From Anolis carolinensis (lineage: Eukaryota), in contig NC_085841.1 of NCBI RefSeq assembly GCF_035594765.1, positions 308,397,402 to 308,461,401 on the forward strand: DNA of 64,000 nt, given 5' to 3'. Within the stretch, counting starts at the first letter, position 1. Each line of letters starts with the position of its first letter. The position numbers were made by a program, and so were the translations under genes. The notes under the pieces were generated by a model, which did not search any database, was not told where the DNA came from, and saw nothing but the letters and a program-made list of their open reading frames with translations. Positions 36,067 to 46,870 of this stretch are shown one piece after another.

Positions 36067-37273
36067 TGTGGGCCCTTCCACACAGCCATATAACCCAGAA
36101 TATTAAGGCAGATAATCAACAATATTTGCTTTGAACAAATACATTCTTTCTGGTCTTCATGAAATGCAACCCATCTGGATCCAGGAGTCCTCTGTCTAAA
36201 AAGTGAAGGTGATGATCTTAGAAGCTAAATGTCACATGTCAGCACCATCTGCATCGGCAGTCATTACACTTTAGTACATGATTCTTTCAATATTGGGGGA
36301 GTTGTGCCCACCAGGAAAGGATGCCTAGGTGTTTCCATCCTCTTTTCACTCTTTGAATGAATTCCTCAACCACACACAGTCTTTTATTAAATAAGCAACA
36401 GAGATACTTCATAGACCCTTGAAAGCAGAAAGCAGCACAAACAGATCTGATTAAGCACTCAGCTGACTGTGCATTTTAAAATGTTTGTTTATTTTTGGAA
36501 AAAAATATTGATGGCACAAAAAAAAATCTGGAGCTACCTGTCTGTAATTTGCCAGAGATTATTTATTCTGAGGGGTCTACCATGTCTCTGAATTTCATGC
36601 ACTGATTTATATAACCTGAAAAATATAACTGATTTAGTTTTCAAATGCATATGTTCCAAAGGTCTAATTTTCAAATCCCAGTTTGAATTCAGTGCCCAAC
36701 ATGCATTGGATTGGGTCCAAAAATTGAAGTTGGTCCCAATCCAAATTGCCAAATCAGGTTCCAAATTGAATCAGAGAATTCTTGCACATCCCCACTATTT
36801 ATCTTGCTGTGTCTGAATCATAGAATCATAGAGTCGGAAGAGACCATATGGGCCATCTAGTCCAAACCGCTGCCATGCAGGAAAAGCACTATCAAAGTAC
36901 CCCTGACAAATGGAAATCTAGCCTCTGTTTAAATGTTTCCAAGGAAGGTGCTCCCATCACACTCCAAGACAGAAAGTTCCACTGTTGAACAGCTCTTACA
37001 CTCAGGAAGTTCTTCCTAATGTTCAGGTGGAATCTCTTTTCCTGTAATTTGAATCCATTGCTCTGATTCCTAGTTTCCAGGGCAGCAGAAAACAAGCTTC
37101 TCCCTCTTCCTTATGACATCCTTCCACATATTTATACATGACTATCATGTTTCCTCTTAACCTTCTCTTCTGCAGGCTAAATATACCCAGCTCTTTAAGA
37201 TGCTCGCTATGGAGCATAGCCTCCAGACCTTTGATCATTTTAGTTGCACTCCTCTGGACATGTTCCAGCTTGT

Positions 37274-37789
37274 AAATTTATTTATTTATTTATTTCCAAT
37301 ATTTCTATCCCGCCCTTCTCCCCGAGGGGACTCAGGGCGGCTTACACAACTGGCAGGATCGCTTCCAGTATATCATAATACAATAAAATAATAAAACAGT
37401 TAAAATAGTTAAATAACATATTAAAATACAATATATAAAAGATTTAACACAGTGCAACGCCGAATATATATGCCAGTCATCCATCAGACCTTGTGCAAGA
37501 GCCTTAATCCAATTCATGTCAACGCTAACATTCATTAAACGCTTGCGTACATAGCCAGGCCTTCAACTTCTTTCTAAACCTCAAAAGGGATGGAGCCTGC
37601 CAGATGTCATTAGGGAGGGAGTTCCACAGCCGAGGAGCCACCACCAAGAAGGCCCTGTCTCTCGTCCCCACCAGCCGTGCTTGTGAGGCAGGTGGGATCG
37701 AGAGCAGGGCCTCCCCGGATGATCTTAAGATTTTCGTGGGCTGATAGGAGGAGATGCGTTCGGACAGGTAAGTTGGACCAGAACCGTTA
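37274..37789 (-). mobile_element. L2-clade LINE 3' fragment
   Basis: (TAAA)n tail; ORF2 C-terminus homologous to 13630-13850. Confidence 0.75.
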
Positions 37790-37926
37790 ACATCTCTTTT
37801 AAACTGTGGTTACCAGAATTGGACACAATATTCCAGGTGAGGTCTAACCAAAGCAGAATAGAGAGGTGCCATGATTTCCCTCAATTTAGACACTATACTC
37901 CTTTTGATACAGCCCAAAATCCCATT

Positions 37927-40900
37927 TGTGATATTCTTCGTATGAAGGAAGCTCAACAGCCAGCAGAGTCTTGTAGGAAAGAGTTTATTCCAAACATTAG
38001 GAAGGCTACTGAGGCTTTGGGTGCACAAAAGCTATATATCCCAGCAATCAGTAGTTCTTACATTACAGCTGTAACAACCAGAGAGTGTGGCTTAAAGGCA
38101 CAGTATACCACATCTCCCCTTCATACATAATAACTACACATCTGACAAGACAAAACAAAATACATTTTATAAAAGTGTTAAAAAAATCATACATCAAAAT
38201 TACAAAAGTCTCTCATTAAAACTTGGCAGCTTCATTACATCACTAGACAGGTAAGAAAATATGTCTTCTATGGGGCCAGAGGTCACTAGTACTTAGCCCA
38301 TCGTTGAGGATGGTCTTCAGCACCATCCTTCTAAGGAGTGTACCTTACAGGTTCAAACACAGGCCTGCCATGCGATGTCACATACGTTGGCTTTCTATCT
38401 GCTATTACATGTGCGTCACTTTTGTTCACAAACATCCCTTTAGAACCATTATATGTTGTATTTCCTTGAATTGTAGTTTCGGGTGTTTGGTTCCGTTGTT
38501 TTAATTGACGCCTATTACGCCGATATACGCGACCGTCCTGATTCTTTATTAGATATGACCAAGGCTGTTTACATTTTTCTATCACAACGGCAGGAAGCCA
38601 TCTTTCTTTGCAATTATTGGATTGCATCCATACCAAATCTCCCTCTCTTAGTGGTTTGAGGGGTCTTGCTGTTCGATCATAAAAATGTTTCTGTCTTTCC
38701 TGAGCTCTTTGTAGATCTTGACGCACGTTAATAGGAATCCTAGGACATAATAAGTCAGTTGTTATGGGAAGTTTACTTCTCAGCATTCTGCCCATCAATA
38801 TTTGTGCAGGTGAATATGATAGTCCTGTCACAGGTGTATTCCGGTACTCCAACAATGCTGCATACAGATCACCCCTTGCCTTTCCTACTTTATGTGTAAG
38901 TTGTTTTATAGACTGGATGGCTCGTTCTACCATACCATTAGATTGTGGATACCCCGGACTACTAAAGCATTGTTCAAATCCCCATTCTTTCGCAAATACT
39001 TTGAATTCTTGACTCGCAAATGGCATATTATCACTCACCACAATTAATGGAGTTCCATGTCTTGCAAACACAGATTTCATCTTGACAATTACTGTTCTTG
39101 CAGTTTTATCAGGTAAACTTACTACTTCTGGGTATTTTGAGAAATAGTCAATTACCAACAGAAAAGAGTGATTGTCCTGTTCAAATATATCCACTCCCAC
39201 CTTCTGCCATGGCCCTTCTGGGATCTCATGGGGTTTAAGTGGTTCCTTTTGATTATTTGGAGCAAAACAAGCACACACAAAACAACTGCCAACAGCTGAC
39301 TCAATATCTTTGGACATACCAGGCCAGTACATCAACTGTCTTGCTCTTTCTTTGGTTCTTTGAATCCCTTGATGGGACTCATGCAGCTGTGCAAGAACAT
39401 TTTGTCTTTGGCTTGCCGGAATGATTATTCTTTCTCCCATGAAAAGAACCCCATCCCTATACCTTAGATGATCTTTAACCGGCCAAAAAGATTTTGCTAT
39501 TGGAGCCACCTTTCTCATGTACTTTGGCCAGCCTTGGTTTAGGTATGTTTGAATCATCCTAAGCTGGGGATCACGTTTTGTTGCTTCTTGTATTAAACCC
39601 ATTTTATCTGGGTGCATGGCTAATGTATTCACTTCGTATATCACTTTCTCATCTCCTATTGGATTTTCCTGACTTCCAGGGTGATCAACAGTAGCTCTTG
39701 ACAAGGTATCAGCCAGATACATAAGTTTACCTGGAGTATATACAAAGTTAAGTTGATACTTCTGAAGCTGCAACAACATTCTTTGCAGACGAGCCGGGGC
39801 ACTGCCTATTGGTTTTTTATAAATTGATTCTAAGGGCTTGTGATCAGTTTGAACTAGAACCATTTTACCAAACACATACTGATGGAACTTTTGTACTGCA
39901 TATACAACAGCAAGCAATTCTTTCTCTATTTGAGCATAATTTTTCTCTGCAGAACTGAGTGCCCTTGAAGCATAAGACACTGGCTTATTATCCTGTAGGA
40001 GACATGCTCCTAAGCCATCTTTTGAAGCATCTGCTTGGATAACAACTGGTTTTGTCACATCAAAATACTGCAGTACAGGTGCATCGCACAACTTTTGCTT
40101 GATCGCCTCAAAAGCTTTCTGATGTTCTGGCATCCATTGAAAACTCATATTTTTCTTTAACAGACTTCTCAATGGCGCTGTCAACTCTGCCTCTTTTGGG
40201 ATGTATTTTGCCAAATACTGTACTGACCCTAGAAATCTAAGCACTCCCTGCCTGTCATTGGGAGGTTTCATTTCTTGAATTGCCTTTACTTTCTCAGTGT
40301 CTGGCCTGACTCCCTCTGCAGTCACAATATGGCCCATATATCTAACAGAGTTTACCCTGAACTGGATCTTTTCTTTGTTAAACTTGATGTTTTTGACACG
40401 TGCTGTTTCCATTACCTGATGTAAAATCTCATCATGTTGTTTACTTGTCTCAGCTGCTATAATCATATCATCAGCAATCATATATACACCTTTTATATGC
40501 CCAAATGTTTCTTGATTTTTCTGTTGAAAAACCTCACTTGAGGATTTAAGCCCAAATGGTAAACGATTAAAACAATACCTTCCCCACGGCGTATTGAATG
40601 TACATAATCTGGATGATGCTTTATCTAGTTTTACCTGCCAATAGCCATCTTTCTCATCTATTATTGTGAAGATTTTCTTTCCAGCTAGGTGACTTAAAAC
40701 TTCCTCAACTGTTGGGATGGTATAATGTTGTCTCCGCACTGCCTTATTTAGATCTCGCGGATCAAGACATATACGCAGAGACCCATTCTTTTTTTCAGTG
40801 ATAACAAGACTGCTCACCCAATCTGTGGGTCCTACAACTTTTGTTATAACTCCCATATTTTCCATCTGATCAAGGGTATCCTTTAGCCTATCATGTATGG

Positions 40901-42504
40901 CAAAGGGCACTCTCCTACATCCTTGGATCACGGGAACCACTGTTGGATCAGTGTGAATGTGGTGATGTCCTTGAAACTCACCGAGACCCTGGAATACTTC
41001 TGGATATAAGCTGAGCAATTTTTCTTGTGTTAATAACCCCTCTGCCTGTATCATATCTACCCTATAAATTAAACCCAAATTCTCACAAGCTGGTCTGCCT
41101 AATAATGGGGTTGTCGAGCAATCTGTCACATAAAACAACAGATTATACACTCCTTTTGCTGTTATACAATCAAACTCAACTGCTCCCATTGGTTGTATTT
41201 TTGTTCCCCCATATGCAACCAGCACTACTTTACTCATAGACATTTGTTTTGCACCAGGTATTCTAGAAAATATACTAAATGGTAACACATTTGCTTCAGC
41301 TCCAGTATCTAATTTAAACTTAATTATACAGTCTCTTATGGAAATATCAGCATACCATCCTGCCTTGTTTGTTATCTGTGTATCCTTCATTTCTTCATCC
41401 AGCTTTCCTATCATTAAATTACTTACATTCAACTCATGAATGTGTTGTCTGGCTTGTATATTCACAGGATTGGTCACCCTTGACCTGCATAACCTGGCAT
41501 AATGATTTTTCTTGCCACACTTGTTGCAGGTCTTTCCAAATGCTGGACATCTCCGAGGTTCATGAGCTGTACCACAATAACCACACTTATTCTGATTTTT
41601 CCAATTGTCTCTGTGTCTCGACTCCCTGGTTCCCAGAGCTTGAGTTATAATCTCGTTGTTTTCTCCATGGCTGTCTTGTATGTTACAATCTTCTTCCGAT
41701 GTTATTGCCATGGTTCTCAGCTGAGCTCTCGTTGTCTCATCAACCCGGCATATCTCCACGGCCTTCTCAAGTGTAAGATCGGCTTCTTGTAACAACTTTT
41801 GTTTCAGTTTCTCTTGCTGTAAACTAAAAACAACTTTATCTCTTATCATCTCATTAACTGCCATTCCAAATTCACAGCTGGCTGCTTTCAGTTTTAGCTC
41901 AGCAATAAATTGCACATTTGTAACTCCAGGACTCTGCATATGGTTCCAGAAACAAAACCTTTCAAACACAATGTTCTTCCGAGGTAAAAAATAAGTCCTA
42001 AACTGTTCCAGAACCTCTGCAATATCTTTCGGGTTCTCCTCGGCAAAAACAAATGTATTATATAAAGAAACTCCTTCCTCTCCCACACAATGTAGCAGGA
42101 TAGCTATCTGCCGCTTCTTTGACACATTCTCAAGTCCCGCTGCAGCAAGATACAACTGAAAGGCCTGTTCCCACCATCTCCAGTTCTCAGCCAAATTACC
42201 TTGCATAGCAAGGGGAGGAGGAGGACGAAATGACTCCATGTCTAAACACTCCTTTTTCGGGGGAGGCTAGCTTCCAGGTTGTAGCACAGGAGAGGTTTGT
42301 ATCCCACTTCTGACACCATGTGATATTCTTCGTATGAAGGAAGCTCAACAGCCAGCAGAGTCTTGTAGGAAAGAGTTTATTCCAAACATTAGGAAGGCTA
42401 CTGAGGCTTTGGGTGCACAAAAGCTATATATCCCAGCAATCAGTAGTTCTTACATTACAGCTGTAACAACCAGAGAGTGTGGCTTAAAGGCACAGTATAC
42501 CACA
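37927..42504 (-). mobile_element. Full-length Ty3/Gypsy LTR retrotransposon (Mag-like)
   Basis: Two identical 186-bp LTRs (37927-38112, 42319-42504, TG..CA); 5-bp TSD CCATT; PBS TGGTGTCAGAAGTGGGAT (tRNA-Leu 3' end); PPT GAAGGGGAGA. Confidence 0.97.
38331..42239 (-). CDS. Gypsy Gag-Pol polyprotein (1302 aa)
   Basis: Two zinc knuckles, protease LDTGA, RT (LPFG, IADD), RNase H (DAS, EKE, TDH), integrase HHCC and D,D35E, in Gypsy domain order. Confidence 0.96.
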   Translation of the reverse strand: MESFRPPPPLAMQGNLAENWRWWEQAFQLYLAAAGLENVSKKRQIAILLHCVGEEGVSLYNTFVFAEENPKDIAEVLEQFRTYFLPRKNIVFERFCFWNHMQSPGVTNVQFIAELKLKAASCEFGMAVNEMIRDKVVFSLQQEKLKQKLLQEADLTLEKAVEICRVDETTRAQLRTMAITSEEDCNIQDSHGENNEIITQALGTRESRHRDNWKNQNKCGYCGTAHEPRRCPAFGKTCNKCGKKNHYARLCRSRVTNPVNIQARQHIHELNVSNLMIGKLDEEMKDTQITNKAGWYADISIRDCIIKFKLDTGAEANVLPFSIFSRIPGAKQMSMSKVVLVAYGGTKIQPMGAVEFDCITAKGVYNLLFYVTDCSTTPLLGRPACENLGLIYRVDMIQAEGLLTQEKLLSLYPEVFQGLGEFQGHHHIHTDPTVVPVIQGCRRVPFAIHDRLKDTLDQMENMGVITKVVGPTDWVSSLVITEKKNGSLRICLDPRDLNKAVRRQHYTIPTVEEVLSHLAGKKIFTIIDEKDGYWQVKLDKASSRLCTFNTPWGRYCFNRLPFGLKSSSEVFQQKNQETFGHIKGVYMIADDMIIAAETSKQHDEILHQVMETARVKNIKFNKEKIQFRVNSVRYMGHIVTAEGVRPDTEKVKAIQEMKPPNDRQGVLRFLGSVQYLAKYIPKEAELTAPLRSLLKKNMSFQWMPEHQKAFEAIKQKLCDAPVLQYFDVTKPVVIQADASKDGLGACLLQDNKPVSYASRALSSAEKNYAQIEKELLAVVYAVQKFHQYVFGKMVLVQTDHKPLESIYKKPIGSAPARLQRMLLQLQKYQLNFVYTPGKLMYLADTLSRATVDHPGSQENPIGDEKVIYEVNTLAMHPDKMGLIQEATKRDPQLRMIQTYLNQGWPKYMRKVAPIAKSFWPVKDHLRYRDGVLFMGERIIIPASQRQNVLAQLHESHQGIQRTKERARQLMYWPGMSKDIESAVGSCFVCACFAPNNQKEPLKPHEIPEGPWQKVGVDIFEQDNHSFLLVIDYFSKYPEVVSLPDKTARTVIVKMKSVFARHGTPLIVVSDNMPFASQEFKVFAKEWGFEQCFSSPGYPQSNGMVERAIQSIKQLTHKVGKARGDLYAALLEYRNTPVTGLSYSPAQILMGRMLRSKLPITTDLLCPRIPINVRQDLQRAQERQKHFYDRTARPLKPLREGDLVWMQSNNCKERWLPAVVIEKCKQPWSYLIKNQDGRVYRRNRRQLKQRNQTPETTIQGNTTYNGSKGMFVNKSDAHVIADRKPTYVTSHGRPVFEPVRYTP

Positions 42505-45465
42505 CCATTGGCTTTTAAGCTTCTGCTTCACACTGTTGGTTCATGTTCAACTTGTTGTCCACAAAGACTCCAAGATCTTTTTCACATGGACTGTTGTTGA
42601 GCCAGACATCACCCATTCTGCATCTTTGTGTTCCCTTTTTTCTGTAAGTGTAGTATCTTACATTTGTCCTTGTTGAAATTCATTTTGTTAGTTTTGGCCC
42701 GCTCTCTAATCTGTTAAAGTCATTTTGAATTCTGAGCCTGTCCTCTGGAGCATTAGCTATGCCTCCTATTTTGGTGTCATCTGCAAACTTGCTAAGGATG
42801 CCCTCTAAACCTTCATCCAAATAATTAATAAAGATATTGAACAGTACTGGGCCCAAAACTAAATCTTGAGGTACTCCACTAGTCATGTCTTTCCAGGATG
42901 AAGTGGAATCAATGGCGAACACCATTTGAGTTTGGTTGCTTAACACATTACATATCCATTTAATAGTAGTATTGCCTAGCTCACATTTGACTAGTTTGTT
43001 TGCAAGAAGATCATGGGGACCCTTGTCAAAGGCCTTACTGAAATCAAGATATGCTACATCCACAGCATTCCCTACCTCTACCAATTTTCTAACTTTATCG
43101 AAAAAAGAGATAAGATTAGTCTGGCATGACTTGTTTTTGAGAAAGCCATGTTGACTTTTAGTGATCACAGCATTTCTTTCTAAGTGATTGCAGTTTGCCT
43201 CCTTAATGGTCTGCTCCAGGATTTTTCCTGGTAATGATGTCAGTCTGACTGGATGGTAATTATTTGGTTACTATTTTTCCCCCTTCTTGAAGATAGGGTC
43301 AACATTTGCCCTCCTACAATCTGCTGGGACTTCTCCTGTTCTCCAAGAATTGCCAGTAGTTGTGAAATTACTTCTGCTAGTTCCTTCAATACTCTTAGAT
43401 GTAGTTCATCTGGCCTGAAGACTTGAATTCATTTAGAGTGGCAAGGTATTCCTGGACTACTTCTTTACCTATTTTGGGTTGCATTTCCCCTATTATCTCA
43501 TCCACTCCATATTGCTCAGGTTGAACACCAATCTGTTTTTCGGAGAAGATTGAGGCAAAGAAGGTGTTGAGTAGCTTTTCCTTGTTCCCTGTTAGCATTT
43601 CACCACCTTCTGCATGCAGAGGCCCTACAGTTTCCTTTTTCTTCCTTTTTCTGCTAACCTAACTGAAGAACCTCTTTTATTGTTTTTAATCTCTCTGACA
43701 AGCCTGAGCTCATCTTGTGCCTTAGCGTTACAAACATTTTTCCTACATATGTTGGTTATTTGTTTGAATTCCTCTTTGGTGATTTCTCCCATTTTCCATT
43801 TCTTGTGCTTGAGTCTTTTAAATCTTAGCTCAGTTAAAAATAGTATTTTCCAAAAGACTGGTTTGATATATAACTACATTCCAAAGTAGATTGTGAACAC
43901 CATGTTTCAAGATACTAGGTGGATGTGTTCCTTTTTCTATAAGCAATAGAACATTGAACCAATTCATCAGTTGTGTGCAACTGATGAATATTCATTTGCA
44001 CATTTGGAAACTGTTTTGGAATGCCATTTATCCTAGCTTGAATGGGGAAAGTATGGTCAGGGGACCACATGTAACATCAAGACCCATGACGTAGCCCCAA
44101 CTATCCCCCATTTGCTCTGTCCCCTGTAAAATGTTCCCACTCCCAAAAATGTTATTTTTTCCTCTAAAATATGAAGTCACCTTGGAGCAAAATTCCCATT
44201 TATTGTAATTTCACCCCCAGGTATGTTCTAAAATGCAAGTGCATCAGCCTCCTCAGTTGAAATTGTTTCAATATGGAATTACATTTTTTATCTTAATTCT
44301 CCCTCTCTCATTTTTTTTTCAGAGCAGGGAGGTTGATAGCTGTGTGAACCTGTATTTTGGGGAAAGGAGAAAAAAATCTGCTAGAGTTTGGAACGTTGCC
44401 CATTCTGCTAGTATGAAGGCATCATTTAATACTGGCCTTCATTTTTATATGTAATACTTTCTTTGATCATCTGGAAGGCCTATTTGCAGTTATGATAGTC
44501 ATTGTCACATTAGAAATGGAAGTGGGCCATCTTGAGTTCTAAGCCTGCCCCCAAAGGCTCTACAAAAAATTCTATGAAAGCATCTACCAATGAGAAGCCT
44601 CCAGCTTATAAATATCAGTCTCTAGATGGCACAACTTAATTACTGTTTGCATTTCTTTGGTTTGCAGTACCACGGAGAGCCTGCATGATTAATTGATATA
44701 ATTGTATTATGGATCTCTATAAAAAGACCGATAAAATTAGAAAGAAAGATAAACTTATGGAATGCTTTGTTACTTATGACTGAGGACTGTAACCATGAAA
44801 GAAGGCCTTTTTCTTTTTCTTTTCTGCTGTTTTTCAAACTTGGTTATTTGCCATCTCCCACTGAAAGAAAGAAATACAATTTGTATGTGAGGGAGAGAGG
44901 GGAGAATTGGAATTTCAGGTTCCAAGGTATATATGGTGAAATTACAGTCGTGCAAGATCCAAAACAAAGCCAAGCAATGGCCCTCTGTCTCTGCTAGCAC
45001 AGCAACCTGTCTTCTTCAGCTATGAACTGCTGAGGATTGCATTTCAAATCTTTAAGTTCTGCCTCTGGAATTCATCATTCCTGTGTGAGCAGTTTTTTTT
45101 TCTATTTCTTGCAAACCCTCCTCCTTTTGTTTTCCACACCCATTCACTGAAGTTGGGGACAAAATGCCATCACCATCTGCAGAACTAACATGGTTTTGGA
45201 CCCAGTGTGGAGGCACATAATACAAATAAGGGGTTAGATTATGTTTCATGGCCCTTCCACACAGCTATATCACCCAGAATATCAAGACAGATAATCCACA
45301 ATATTTGCTTTGAACTGGATTATCTGAGTCCACACTACCATCTAATCCAGTTCAATATGGGTTTTGTATAGTTGTGTGCAAGGGGGCTTAATTATGGGAG
45401 ACTATTTACCTTTTTATGACATACACATAGGACAGGCAGTAGAGTTTTTTCTGCAGGCATACTGG

Positions 45466-46605
45466 TGTTGTCGAGCAAATTTAGGGTTTGTCCCTGGAGC
45501 AGGGACGAACCGATACCCTCTGACCGCAGGATTCGATCCTGGCCAGCGGGGGCACTGCGAATTAAAACCCTATTTCCCACAATAATCTCACCCAAATTCT
45601 TGAAGAGAGAGAACTGAGTTGTCTTTATTTCGAGTCAGCTGACGCGGACGTCAAGACGCAATCGCTCGCCGTGATGACTTGTCACATAATATAGTGCAGC
45701 AATTTTTATAAGCAAAAAGACAGGTGGAGCAATTCAAATCTCCCTCCCCGCCTTTCCCCGCCCAGTTCCACTCTGATTGGCTCTTTGACTGGGTGGCTCG
45801 AAATCCCCCCCCCCCAATCAGATGGCTTCCTACAGTCTACCAATCAGGGACAAGGGGCGGGCTGAGCAGCGATTAATGGACAGCCAAGCAGATTATGAAA
45901 AGGATGGATGAGTCAATATGTCCAATCTACATATGTGTCTGACACGCTTGTATTGACAAAGGAAGAGCTGTTTCCTGAATAATTGTGTGGATGAAGGGTG
46001 AGCTATTCTTCCTTCTGATGGCCTGCTCCGAACTCAGAAGGGGAACAGCCCAAATAATTGTCCATGCAAGGGTAGGTGATAATCTCCTCTGGGCAGGGTA
46101 CTCCAGCCCATCCAAAAGGGGGGGGGGGCTGTCTGCACGTAGCTGAGTCAAACCTCAGTCACTCTATTTTTTCATATATGAGGCATTTTGGGAAGGGAGA
46201 CATATAGGAATACATTCATAGAGTCAGAAATCATATTGCCCACTCCCAGCCACCCAAAGGTCTAGAGTTCATAAAGTTTCATACGAAATCCAGAATCCAA
46301 AGGAAAAGATTGTAAAGCATGTGGTTTAAAACTGGCTTTTTTCCTTTGCTAACTCCTTTGTCTGGGTAAACAAAAGGGAGTGCTTTTGTCACTGGTTAAA
46401 GAAAGAATTAAGGAAGTTGTTATTTCTTGCCTCAGGCTAAAAGGTCAAACACCTTTTGTGCAGAGAGTTTTAGTAAACCACAGTAAACTCCAGTAAAAAG
46501 TCTAAATCACCTTCTACTATAAATTATGAAATATAGAACATAAAGTCTTGATTTTTGAACTATCCTTTACAAAGTCCTGGGGGGGGGGGGGTCACCTCGA
46601 TCACA
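45466..46605 (-). mobile_element. Solo LTR, ERV1-like (1140 bp)
   Basis: TGTTGTCGAG...CTCGATCACA imperfect inverted ends; 4-bp TSD CTGG; on the minus strand CCAAT (~45776), TATAAAA (~45704-45710), AATAAA (~45624). Confidence 0.85.
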
Positions 46606-46699
46606 CTGGTAGCCGCCACTGTGCTGATCTGACAATGGATGCCTCTTTTCACCAGCAGAGCATTATGTTTACTGTATCAGAGGCATAAATACTCTAAAG

Positions 46700-46870
46700 A
46701 CTTCTGTCTGGTATTGGAACCTAAGCAAAGTCATCCCTGGTTAGGGTTTGGATGAGAAACTCCCAACAAATATCAGGTACTGTAGGCTATATTTCAGAAG
46801 AAGGAACTGACAAACCACCTCTGGTGTGAAATTCTTGGGATTACAAGTCAACAGATGACTTGAAGGCACA
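46700..46870 (+). mobile_element. Degenerate 5S-derived SINE with a BovB-like tail
   Basis: 5S-like head (CCCTGGTTAGGGTTTGGATGAGAAAC..CTGTAGGCT), then GAAGGAACTGACAAACCAC..GACTTGAAGGCAC. Confidence 0.55.

Larger units (their letters stand above)
36815..43838 (-). mobile_element. 5'-truncated CR1 LINE split by an L2 fragment and the Gypsy element
   Basis: CR1 tail at 36815; ORF2 pieces 36892-37273, 37790-37926 and 42505-43838 are colinear. Confidence 0.85.

Noticed and set aside
42301-42318. tRNA-Leu gene
   Set aside because: Only the 18-nt 3' end including CCA; it is the Gypsy primer-binding site
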